From the NCBI RefSeq assembly GCF_009914755.1, contig NC_060933.1: 64,000 bases of DNA, one strand, 5' to 3'. Below are positions 1 to 12,010 of this stretch, piece after piece. This DNA is from the human T2T-CHM13v2.0 reference genome, Homo sapiens. Position 1 is the stretch's first letter; every line of letters begins with the position of its first letter. The notes under the pieces were generated by a model, which saw nothing but the letters and a program-made list of their open reading frames with translations, was not told where the DNA came from and did no database searches. The translations under genes and the position numbers were made by a program.

Positions 1-456
1 TGGAATGGAATTAACCCGAATAGAATGGAATGGAATGGAATGGAAAGGAACGGAATGGAATGGAATGGAATGGAATGGAATGGAATGGAACGGAAAGGAA
101 GGGAATGGAATGGAAAAGAATGGAATGGAATGGAATCAACGCGAGTGCAGGGGAATGGAATGGAATGGAATGCAATGGAATGGAATCATCCGTAAAGGAA
201 TGGAAAGGAATGGAATGGAATGCAATGGAATGGAATGGAATGGAATGGAATGGAAACAACTCGATTGCAATCGAATGGAATGGAATGAAATTAACCCGAA
301 TAGAATGGAATGGAATGGAATGGAACGGAACGGAATGGAATGGAATGGAATGGAATGGAATGGAAAGGAAAGGAAGGGAATGGAATGGAATAGAATGGAA
401 TGGAATGGAATCAACGCGAGTGCAGGGGAATGGAATGGAATGGAATGCAATGGAAT

Positions 457-471
457 GGAATCTTCCGGAAT
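457..471. promoter_or_regulatory. Perfect three-unit heat-shock element (nGAAn-nTTCn-nGAAn); representative of ~45-50 copies
   Basis: gGAAt-cTTCc-gGAAt. The motif match is exact. Other copies start at 781, 1366, 3044, 3902, 5638, 6378, 7821, 9553, 11282, 11352, 16219 ... 43723, and inverted near 45373, 46297, 48492, 56147, 62476 and 63953. HSF1 occupancy at these sites is inferred, not shown. Confidence 0.6.
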
Positions 472-3089
472 GGAATGGAATGGAATGGAATGGAATGGAA
501 TGGAATGGAATCAACCCGAGTGCAATGGAATGGAGTGGAATGGAATGGAATGGAATGGAACAACCCGAATGGAATGGAATGTAATGGAGAGTAAGGGAGT
601 TGAAAACAATCAATCCGAATGTAATGGAATGGAATGGAATGGAATGGAATGGAATGGAATGGAATGGAATGGAATGCAATGGAATGGAATCAACCCGAGT
701 ACAATGGAATGGAATGGAATGGAATGGAATGGAATGGAATGGAATGGAATGGAATGGAATGCAATGGAATGCAATGGAATGGAATCTTCAGGAATGGAAT
801 GGAATGGAATGGAATGGAATGGAATGCAATGGATTCAACTCGATTGCAATGGAATGGAATAGAATGGAATGGAATGGAATGGAATGGAATGGAATTAAAC
901 CGAATAGAATGGAACGGAATGGAATGGAACGGAACAGAACGGAACGGAACGGAACGGAGTGGAATGGAATGGAATGGAATTGTATGGAATGGAATGGAAT
1001 GGTACGGAATAGAATGGAATGGAAAGAATTGGAATGGAATGGAATCGTATGGAATGGAATGGAATGGAATGGAATGGAATCAACCCGAGTGCAGGGGAAT
1101 GTAATGGAACGGAATGCAATGGAATGGAATCATCCGGAATGGAATGGAATGGAATGGAATGGAATGGAATGGAATGGAATCAACTCGATTGCAATCGAAT
1201 GGAATGGAATGGAATTAACCCGAATAGAATGGAATGGAATGGAACGGAACGGAATGGAATGGAATGGAATGGAATGGAATGGAATGGAACGGAATGGAAT
1301 GGAATGGAATGGAATGGAATCAACGCGAGTGCAGGGGAATGGAATGGAATGGAATGCAATGGAATGGAAACTTCCGGAATGGAATGGAATGGAATGGAAT
1401 GGAATGAAATGCAATGGATTCAACTCCATTGCAATGGAATGGAATAGAATGGAATGGAATGGAATGGAATGGAATTAATTCGAATAGAATGGAATGGAAT
1501 GGAATAGAACGGAATGGAACGGAATGGAATGGAATGCAATGGAATGGAATCGTATGGAATGGAATGGAATGGTACGGAATAGAATGGAATGGAACGAATT
1601 GTAATGGAATGGAATGGAATGGAATGGAATGGAATGGAAAGGAATCAACGCGAGTGCAGGGGAATGTAATAGAACGGAATGCAATGGAATGGAATCATCC
1701 GGAATGAAATGGAATGGAATGGAATGGAATGGAATGGAATCAACCCGAGTGCAATGGAATGGAGTGGAATGGAATGGAATGGAATGGAACAACCCGAATG
1801 GAATGGAATGTAATGGAGAGTAAGGGAGTTGAATAGAATCAATCCGAATGTAATGGAATGGAATGCAACGGAATGGAATGGAATGGAATGGAATGGAATG
1901 CAATGGAATTGAAACAACCCGAGTACAATGGAATGGAATGGAATGGAATGGAATGGAATGGAATGGAATGATACGGAATAGAATGGAATGGAACGAAATG
2001 GAATGGAATGGAATGGAATGGAATTGAATGGAATCGTTCCGAGTTGAATAGGAGGGAATGTATTCGAGTGGAATGGAAAGGAATGGAATCAACCAGAGTG
2101 GAATGGAAGGGAATGGAATGGAATGGAAACTAATAGAATGGAATCAACCCGAGAGGAATGCAATGGAAAGGACTGGAATGGAATGGAATGGAATGGAATC
2201 AACTCGATTGTAATGGAATGGAATGGAATTAACCCGAATACAATGCAATGGAATGGAATGGAACGGAATGGAGTGGAGTGGAATGGAATCAACCCGAGTG
2301 CAGGGGAATGGAATGGAATGGAATGCAATGGAATGGAATCATCCGGAATGGAATGGAATGGAATGGAATGCAAAGCAATGGAATCAACTAGATTGCAATG
2401 GAATGGAATGGAATGGAAAGTAATACATTGGAATCAACCCGAGTGGAATGGAATGGAAAGGACTGGAATGGAGTGGAATGGAATGGAATGGAATGGAAAG
2501 GAATCAACTCGATTGGAATGGAATGGAATGGAATGGAATGGAATTAATCCGAATAGAATGGAATGGAATGGAATGGAACGGAACGGAATGAAATGGAATG
2601 GAATGGAATGGAATGGAATGGAAACAACCCGACTGCAGGGGAATGGAATGGAATGGAATGCAATGGAATGGATTCAACTTGAATGGAATGGAAAGAATGG
2701 AATCAACACGAGTGGAATGGCATGGATTGGAATGGAATGGAATGGAATCAACCCGAGTACAGGGGAATGGAATGGAATGGAATGCAATGGAATGGAATCA
2801 TCCGTAATGGAATGGAAAGGAATGGAATGGAATGGAATGGAATGGAATGGAATGGAATGGAATTAACCCGAATAGAATGGAATGGAATGGAATGGAACGG
2901 AACGGAACGGAATGGAATGGATTGGAATGGAATGGCATGGAATGGAATGGAACGGAAAGGAATGGAATGGAATGGAATGGAATGGAATGGAATGGAATCA
3001 ACGCGAGTGCAGGGGAATCGAATGGAATGGAATGCAATGGAATGGAATCTTCCGGAATGGAATGGAATGGAATGGAATGCAATGGAATA

Positions 3090-3440
3090 AACCCGAGTGC
3101 AATGGAATGGAGTGGAATGGAATGGAATGGAATGGAACAACCCGAATGGAATGGAATGTAATGGAGAGTAAGGGAGTTGAATAGAATCAATCCGAATGTA
3201 ATGGAATGGAATGGAACGGAATGGAATTGAATGGAATGGAATGGAATGCAATAGAATGGAATCAACCCGAGTTCAATGGAATGGAGAGGAATGGAATGGA
3301 ATGGAATGGAAACTACCCGAATGGAATGGAATGTAATGGAGTGTAAGGGAATTGAATAGAATCAATCCGAATGTAATGGAATGGAATGGAACGGAATGGA
3401 ATGGAATGGAATGGAATGGAATGGAATGCAATGGAATGCA
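3090..3440 (+). repeat. Diverged ~175-bp dimer (GAGAGTAAGGGAGTTGAATAG / GAGTGTAAGGGAATTGAATAG units); representative copy
   Basis: The two paralogous markers lie at 3164 and 3339. The same 175-bp spacing occurs at 18107/18282, 22912/23087, 27491/27666, 30596/30771, 36693/36868 and 43833/44008, and inverted at 48211/48386, 63023/63198 and 63672/63847. Confidence 0.85.
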
Positions 3441-3449
3441 ATGGAATGG

Positions 3450-3600
3450 AATCAACCCGAGTGCAATCGAATGGAATCGAATGGAATGGAATGCAATGGA
3501 ATGGATTCAACTTGAATGGAATGGAAAGAATGGAATCAACACGAGTGGAATGGCATGGATTGGAATGGAATGGAATGGAATCAACCCGAGTACAGGGGAA
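3450..3600 (+). repeat. pHuR98-like SatIII module (representative copy; ~20 full or partial copies in the window)
   Basis: AATCAACCCGAGTGCAATCGAATGGAATCG...GGATTCAACTTGAATGGAATGGAAAGAATGGAATCAACACGAGTGGAATGGCATGGATTGG...CAACCCGAGTACAGGGG. It recurs near 5190, 7378, 12466, 14203, 15805, 18391, 23196, 27765, 30870, 36972 and 43274, and inverted near 46.7, 47.5, 50.3, 51.1 and 62.9 kb. The name is from memory of the chr9 SatIII probe/primers. Confidence 0.75.
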
Positions 3601-4574
3601 TGGAATGGAATGGAATGCAATGGAATGGAATCATCCGTAAAGGAATGGAAAGGAATGGAATGGAATGCAATGGAATGGAATGGAATGGAATGGAATGGAA
3701 ACAACTCGATTGCAATCGAATGGAATGGAATGGAATTAACCCGAATAGAATGGAATGGAATGGAATGGAACGGAACGGAATGGAATGGAATGGAATGTAA
3801 TGGAATGGAAAGGAAAGGAAGGGAATGGAATGGAATAGAATGGAATGGAATGGAATCAACGCGAGTGCAGGGGAATGGAATGGAATGGAATGCAATGGAA
3901 TGGAATCTTCCGGAATGGAATGGAATGGAATGGAATCAACCCGAGTGCAATGGAATGGAGTGGAATGGAATGGAATGGAATGGAACAACCCGAATGGAAT
4001 GGAATGTAATGGAGAGTAAGGGAGTTGAATAGAATCAATCCGAATGTAATGGAATGGAATGGAATGGAATGGAATGGAATGCAATGGAATGGAATCAACC
4101 CGAGTACAATGGAATGGAATGGAATGGAATGGAATGGAATGGAATGCAATGGATTCAACTCGATTGCAATGGAATGGAATAGAATGGAATGGAATGGAAT
4201 GGAATGGAATGGAATGGAATTAAACCGAATAGAATGGAACGGAATGGAATGGAACGGAACAGAACGGATCGGAACGGAACGGAGTGGAATGGAATGGAAT
4301 GGCATTGTATGGAATGGAATGGAATGGTACGGAATAGAATGGAATGGAAAGAATTGGAATGGAATGGAATCGTATGGAATGGAATGGAATGGAATGGAAT
4401 GGAATCAACCCGAGTGCAGGGGAATGTAATGGAACGGAATGCAATGGAATGGAATCATCCGGAATGGAATGGAATGGAATGGAATGGAATGGAATGGAAT
4501 GGAATCAACCCGAGCGCAATGGAATGGAGTGGAATGGAATGGAATGGAATGGAACAACCCGAATGGAATGGAAT

Positions 4575-7500
4575 GTAATGGAGAGTAAGGGAGCTGAATA
4601 GAAACAATCCGAATGTAATGGAATGGAACGGAATGGAATGGAATGGAATGGAATGGAATGGAAGGGAATGCAATGGAATGGAATCAACCCGAGTAAAATG
4701 GAACGGAATGGAATGGAATGGAAAGGAATGGAATGGAATGGAATGGAATCAACCCGAGTGCAATGGAATGGAGAGGAATGGAATGGAATGGAATGGAAAC
4801 TACCCGAATGGAATGGAATGGAATGGAATGTAAGGGAATTGAATAGAATCAATCCGAATGTAATGGAATGGAATAGAACGGAATGTAATGGAATGGAATG
4901 GAATGGAATCAACCCGAGTGCAGGGGTATGGAATGGAATGGAATGCAATGGAATGGAATCATCCGGAATAGAATGGAATGGAATGCAATGGAATGGAATG
5001 GAATGGAATCAACCCGAGTGCGATGGAATGGAGTGAAATGGAATGGAATTGAATGGAGACAACCAGAATGGATTGGAATATAATGGAATGTAAGGGAATT
5101 GAATAGAATCAATCTGAATGTAATGAAATGGAATGGAACGGAATGGAATGGAATGAAATGGAATGGAATGGAATGCAATGGAATGGAATCAACCCGAGTG
5201 CAATCGAATGGAATCGAATGGAATGGAATGCAATGGAATGGATTCAACTTGAATGGAATGGAAAGAATGGAATCAACACGAGTGGAATGGCATGGATTGG
5301 AATGGAATGGAATGGAATCAACCCGAGTACAGGGGAATGGAATGGAATGGAATGCAATGGAATGGAATCATCCGTAATGGAATGGAAAGGAATGGAATGG
5401 AATGGAATGGAATGGAATGGAATGGAATGGAATCAACTCGATAGCAATCGAATGGAATGGAATGGAATTAACCCGAATAGAATGGAATGGAATGGAATGG
5501 AACGGAACGGAATGGAATGGAATGGAATGGAATGGAATGGAACGGAACGGAACCGAATGGATGGAATGGAATGGAATGGAATGGAATGGAATCAACGCGA
5601 GTGCAGGGGAATGGAATGGAATGGAATGCAATGGAATGGAATCTTCCAGAATGGAATGGAATGGAATGGAATGGAATGAAATGCAATGGATTCAACTCGA
5701 TTGCAATGGAATGGAATAGAATGGAATGGAATGGAATGGAATGGAATGGAATTAACCCGCATAGAAGGGAATGGAATGGCATGGAATGGAATGGAATTAA
5801 TTCGAATAGAATCGAATGGAATGGAATGGAACGGAATGGAATGGAATGGAATGGTACGGAATAGAATGGGATGGAACGAATTGTAATGGAATGGAATTGA
5901 ATGGAATGGAATGGAATGGAATGGAATCAACGCGAGTGCAGGGGAATGTAATGGAACGGAATGCAATGGAATGGAATCATCCGGAATGGAATGGAATGGA
6001 ATGGAATGGAATGGAATCAACCCGAGTGCAGGGGAATGTAATGGAACGGAATGCAATGGAATGGAATCATCCGGAATGGAATGGAATGGAATGGAATCAT
6101 CCGTAATGGAATGGAAAAGAATGGAATGGAATGGAATGGAATGGAATGGAATCGAATGGAATGGAATGGAATGAACTCGATTGCAATCGAATGGAATGGA
6201 ATGGAATTAACCCGAATAGAATGGAATGGAATGGAATGGAATGGAACGGAACGGAATGGAATGGAATTGAATGGAATGGAACGGAACGGAACGGAATGGA
6301 ATGGAATGGAATGGAATGGAATGGAATGGAATCAACGCGAGTGCAGGGGAATGGAATGGAATGGAATGCAATGGAATGGAATCTTCCGGAATGGAATGGA
6401 ATGGAATGAAATGCAATGGATTCAACTCGATTGCAATGGAATGGAATAGAATGGAATGGAATGGAATGGAATGGAATTAATGCGAATAGAATGGAATGGA
6501 ATGGAATGGAACGGAATGGAACGGAATGGAATGGAATGGAATGGAATGGAATGGAATGGTATGGAATGGAATGGAATGGTACGGAATAGAATGGAATGGA
6601 ACGAATTGTAATGGAATAGAATTGAATGGAATGGAATGGAATGGATTGGAATCAACGCGAGTGCAGGGGAATGTAATGGAACGGAATGCAATGGAATGTA
6701 ATCATCCGGAATGGAATGGAATGGAATGGAATGGAATGGAATCAACCCGAGTGCAATGGAATGTAATGGAGAGTAAGGGAGTTGAATAGAATCAATCCGA
6801 ATGTAATGGAATGGAACGGAATGGAATGGAATGGAATGGAATGGAATGCAAGGGAATGCAATGGAATGGAATCAACCCGAGTAAAATGGAACGGAATGGA
6901 ATGGAATGGAATGGAATGGAATGGAATGGAATGGAATCAACCCGAGTGCAATGGAATGGAGAGGAATGGAATGGAATGGAATGGAAACTACCCGAATGGA
7001 ATGGAATGGAATGGAATGTAAGGGAATTGAATAGAATCAATCCGAATGGAATGGAATGGAATAGAACGGAATGTAATGGAATGGAATGGAATGGAATCAA
7101 CCCGAGTGCAGGGGTATGGAATGGAATGGAATGCAATGGAATGGAATCATCCGGAATGGAATGGAATGGAATGCAATGGAATGGAATGGAATGGAATCAA
7201 CCCGAGTGCGATGGAATGGAGTGAAATGGAATGGAATTGAATGGAGACAACCAGAATGGATTGGAATATAATGGAATGTAAGGGAATTGAATAGAATCAA
7301 TCTGAATGTAATGAAATGGAATGGAACGGAATGGAATGGAATGAAATGGAATGGAATGGAATGCAATGGAATGGAATCAACCCGAGTGCAATCGAATGGA
7401 ATCGAATGGAATGGAATGCAATGGAATGGATTCAACTTGAATGGAATGGAAAGAATGGAATCAACACGAGTGGAATGGCATGGATTGGAATGGAATGGAA

Positions 7501-8210
7501 TGGAATCAACCCGAGTACAGGGGAATGGAATGGAATGGAATGCAATGGAATGGAATCATCCGTAATGGAATGGAAAGGAATGGAATGGAATGGAATGGAA
7601 TGGAATGGAATGGAATCAACTCGATAGCAATCGAATGGAATGGAATGGAATTAACCCGAATAGAATGGAATGGAATGGAATGGAACGGAACGGAATGGAA
7701 TGGAATGGAATGGAATGGAATGGAACGGAACGGAACCGAATGGATGGAATGGAATGGAATGGAATGGAAGGGAATCTACGCGACTGCAGGGGAATGGAAT
7801 GGAATGGAATGCAATGGAATGGAATCTTCCAGAATGGAATGGAATGGAATGGAATGGAATGAAATGCAATGGATTCAACTCGATTGCAATGGAATGGAAT
7901 AGAATGGAATGGATTGGAATGGAATGGAATGGAATGGAATTAACCCGCATAGAAGGGAATGGAATGGCATGGAATGGAATGGAATTAATTAGAATAGAAT
8001 GGAATGGAATGGAATGGAACGGAATGGAACGGAATGGAATGGTACGGAATAGAATGGAATGGAACGAATTGTAATGGAATGGAATTGAATGGAATGGAAT
8101 GGAATGGAATGGAATCAACGCGAGTGCAGGGGAATGTAATGGAACGGAATGCAATGGAATGGAATCATCCGGAATGGAATGGAATGGAATGGAATGGAAT
8201 GGAATCAACC
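4575..8210 (+). repeat. Recent direct duplication ~4575-6020 vs ~6765-8210 (offset ~2188 bp)
   Basis: Shared rare variants CGAGTAAAATGG, CAGGGGTATGG, GAGTGCGATGG, CGATAGCAATCG, AACCGAATGGATGG, CTTCCAGA and AACCCGCATAGAAGGG. ORF pairs 4623/6811, 4909/7097 and 5099/7287 are offset by 2188. Confidence 0.92.
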
Positions 8211-9990
8211 CGAGTGCAATGGAATGGAGTGGAATGGAATGGAATGGAATGGAACAACCCGAATGGAATGGAATGTAATGGAGAGTAAGGGAGTTGAATA
8301 GAATCAATCCGAATGTAATGGAATGGAATGCAACGGAATGGAATGGAATGGAATGGAATGGAATGCAATGGAATTGAATCAACCCGAGTACAATGGAATG
8401 GAATGGAATGGAATGGAATGGAATGGAATGGAATGGAATGGAATGGAATCGTTCTGAGTGGAATAGGAGGGAATGTATTCGAGTGGAATGGAAGGGAATG
8501 GAAAAATCCTGAGTGGAATGGAAGGGAATGGAATGGAATGGAAACTAATAGAATGGAATCAACCCGAGAGGAATGGAATGGAAAGGACTGGAATGGAATG
8601 GAATGGAATGGAATCAACTCGATTGTAATGGAATGGAATTGAATGGAATGGAATGGAATGGAATTAACCCGAATGGAATGGAATGGAATGGAATGGAACG
8701 GAATGGAACGGAATGGAATGGAATGGAATGGAATGGAATGGAAAGGTATGGAATGGAATGGAATGGTAAGGAATAGAATGGAATGGAACGAATTGTAATG
8801 GAATGGAATTGAATGGAATGGAATGGAATGGAATGGAATCAACGCGAGTGCAGGGGAATGTAATGGAACGGAATGGAATGGAATGGAATCATCCGGAATG
8901 GAATGGAAAGGAATGGAATCAACCCGAGTGCAATGGAATGGAGTGGAATGGAATGGAATGGAATGGAACAACCCGAATGGAATGGAATGTAATGGAGAGT
9001 AAGGGAGTTGAATAGAATCAATCGGAATGTAATGGAATGGAATGCAACGGAATGGAATGGAATGGAATGGAATGGAATGCAATGGAATTGAATCAACCCG
9101 AGTGCAATAGAATGGAATCGAAAGGAATGGAATGCAATGGAATGGATTCAACTTGAATGGAATGGAAAGAATGGAATCAACACGAGTGGAATGGCATGGA
9201 TTGGAATGGAATGGAATGGAATCAACCCGAGTACAGGGGAATGGAATGGTATGGAATGCAATGGAATGGAATCATCCGTAATGGAATGGAAAAGAATGGA
9301 ATGGAATGGAATGGAATGGAATGGAATGGAATGGAATGGAATCAACTCGATTGCAATCGAATGGAATGGAATGGAATTAACCCGAATAGAATGGAATGGA
9401 ATGGAATGGAATGGAACGGAACGGAATGGAATGGAATTGAATGGAATGGAACGGAACGGAACGGAATGGAATGGAATGGAATGGAATGGAATGGAATGGA
9501 ATGGAATCAACGCGAGTGCAGGGGAATGGAATGGAATGGAATGCAATGGAATGGAATCTTCCGGAATGGAATGGAATGGAATGAAATGCAATGGATTCAA
9601 CTCGATTGCAATGGAATGGAATAGAATGGAATGGAATGGAATGGAATGGAATTAATGCGAATAGAATGGAATGGAATGGAATGGAACGGAATGGAACGGA
9701 ATGGAATGGAATGGAATGGAATGGAATGGAATGGTATGGAATGGAATGGAATGGTACGGAATAGAATGGAATGGAACGAATTGTAATGGAATGGAATTGA
9801 ATGGAATGGAATGGAATGGATTGGAATCAACGCGAGTGCAGGGGAATGTAATGGAACGGAATGCAATGGAATGTAATCATCCGGAATGGAATGGAATGGA
9901 ATGGAATGGAATGGAATGGAATCAACCCGAGTGCAATGGAATGTAATGGAGAGTAAGGGAGTTGAATAGAATCAATCCGAATGTAATGGA
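6090..9990 (+). repeat. Direct duplication ~6090-6810 vs ~9265-9990 (offset ~3175 bp)
   Basis: Shared GGAAAAGAATGG (6113/9288), ATTAATGCGAATAG (6476/9651) and the same shortened module GTGCAATGGAATGTAATGGAGAG (6751/9931). Confidence 0.88.
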
Positions 9991-10200
9991 ATGGAATGCA
10001 ACGGAATGGAATGGAATGGAATGGAAGGGAATGGAATGGAATGGAATGCAATGGAATTGAATCAACCCGAGTACAATGGAATGGAATGGAATGGAATGGA
10101 ATGGAATGGAATGGAATGATACGGAATAGAATGGAATGGAACGAAATGGAATGGAATGGAATGGAATGGAATGGAATGGAATGGAATGGAATGGAATGGA

Positions 10201-10320
10201 ATCGTTCCGAGTGGAATAGGAGGGAATGTATTCGAGTGGAATGGAAAGGAATGGTATCAATCAGAGTGGAATGGAAGGGAATGGAATGGAATGGAAACTA
10301 ATAGAATGGAATCAACACGA
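10201..10320 (+). repeat. Most diverged marker module (ATCGTTCCGAGTGGAATAGGAGGGAATGTATTCGAGTGG...GGAAACTAATAG); representative of ~16 copies
   Basis: Copies lie near 2033, 8448, 10201, 14075, 16921, 19640, 21726, 26469, 29639, 31922 and 39203, and inverted near 44.39, 53.14, 55.87, 57.36 and 60.0 kb. The module is still in pentamer phase, so it is satellite-derived. Confidence 0.85.
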
Positions 10321-11970
10321 GTGGAATGGAATGGAAAGGACTGGAATGGAATGGAATGGAATGGAATCAACTCGATTGTAATGGAATGGAATGGAATGGA
10401 ATGGAATGGAATTAACCCGAATACAATGGAATGGAATGGAATGGAACGGAATGGAGTGGAATGGAATGGAATCAACCCGAGTGCAGAGGAATGGAATGGA
10501 ATGGAATGCAATGGAATGGAATCATCCGGAATGGAATGGAATGGAATGGAATGCAAAGAAATGGAATCAACTCGATTGCAATGGAATGGAATGGAATGGA
10601 AAGGAATACATTGGAATCAACGCGAGTGGAATGGAATGGAAAGGACTGGAATGGAGTGGAATGGAATGGAATGGAATGGAATGGAATCAACTCGATTGGA
10701 ATGGAATGGAATGGAATGGAATGGAATCAACCCGAATAGAATGGAATGGAATGGAATGGAACGGAACGGAATGGAATGGAATGGAATCGAATGGAATGGA
10801 ATGGAATGGAATCAACCCGACTGCAGGGGAATGGAATGGAATGGAATGCAATGGAATGGATTCAACTTGAATGGAATGGAAAGAATGGAATCAACACGAG
10901 TGGAATGGCATGGATTCGAATGAAATGGAATGGAATCAACCCGAGTACAGGGGAATGGAATGGAATGGAATGCAATGGAATGGAATCATCCGTAATGGAA
11001 TGGAATGGAAAGGAATGGAATGGAATGGAATGGAATGGAATGGAATAGAATGGAATGGAAACAACTCGATTGCAATCGAATGGAATGTAATGGAATTAAC
11101 CCGAATAGAATGGAATGGAATGGAATGGAACGGAATGGAACGGAATGGAGTGGATTGGAATGGAATGGAATGGAATGGAATGGAACGGAAAGGAATGGAA
11201 TGGAATGGAATGGAATGGAATGGAATGGAATGGAATCAACGCGAGAGCAGGGGAATGGAATGGAATGGAATGCAATGGAATGGAATCTTCCAGAATGGAA
11301 TGGAATGGAATGGAATGGAATGGAATGGAATGGAATGGAATGCAATGGAATGGAATCTTCCGGAATTGAATGGAATGGAATGGAATGGAATGGAATGGAA
11401 TGGAATGGAATGCAATGGATTCAACTCGATTGCAATGGAATGGAATGGAATGGAATGGAATGGAATGGAATGGAATGGAATGGAATGGAATTAAACCGAA
11501 TAGAATGGAATGGAATGGAATGGAACGGAACAGAACGGAACGGAACGGAACGGAGTGGAATGGAATGGAATGGAATTGTATGGAATTGAATGGAATGGTA
11601 CGGAATAGCATGGAATGGAAAGAATTGGAATGGAATGGAATGGAATGGAATGGAATGGAATGGGATCAACCCGAGTGCTGGGGAATGTAATGGAACGGAT
11701 TGCAATGGAATGGAATCATCCGGAATGGAATGGAATGGAATGGAATGGAATGGAATGGAATGGAATCAACCCGAGCGCAATGGAATGGAGTGGAATGGAG
11801 TGGAATGGAATGGAACAACCCGAATGGAATGGAATGTAATGGAGAGTAAGGGAGTTGAATAGAATCAATCCGAATGTAATGGAATGGAACGGAATGGAAT
11901 GGAATGGAATGGAATGGAATGGAATGGAATGCAATGGAATGGAATCAACCCGAGTACAATGGAACGGAAT

Positions 11971-12010
11971 ATAATGTAATGTAATGTAATGTAATGTAAT
12001 GTAATTTAAT
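11971..12010 (+). repeat. Local (GTAAT)6 variant-pentamer expansion
   Basis: ATAAT-(GTAAT)x6-TTAAT, with the GTAAT run at 11976-12005; unique in the window. Confidence 0.95.

Larger units (their letters stand above)
130..4500 (+). repeat. Direct duplication ~130-1170 vs ~3580-4500 (offset 3.3-3.45 kb)
   Basis: Shared rare variants CATCCGTAAAGG (~187/~3632), GGAAACAACTCG (252/3697), AAAGGAAAGGAAGGG (364/3808) and GGAATCGTATGG; near-identical ORFs 895..1119 and 4220..4444. Confidence 0.8.

Noticed and set aside
586-620. GTAAGGG / TAGGAGGG motifs as telomeric repeats, G-quadruplexes, Shine-Dalgarno sites or TE fragments
   Set aside because: They are single, in-phase diverged pentamers within recurring satellite modules, with no TTAGGG tandem, no four G3 tracts and no TSD/TIR/poly-A.
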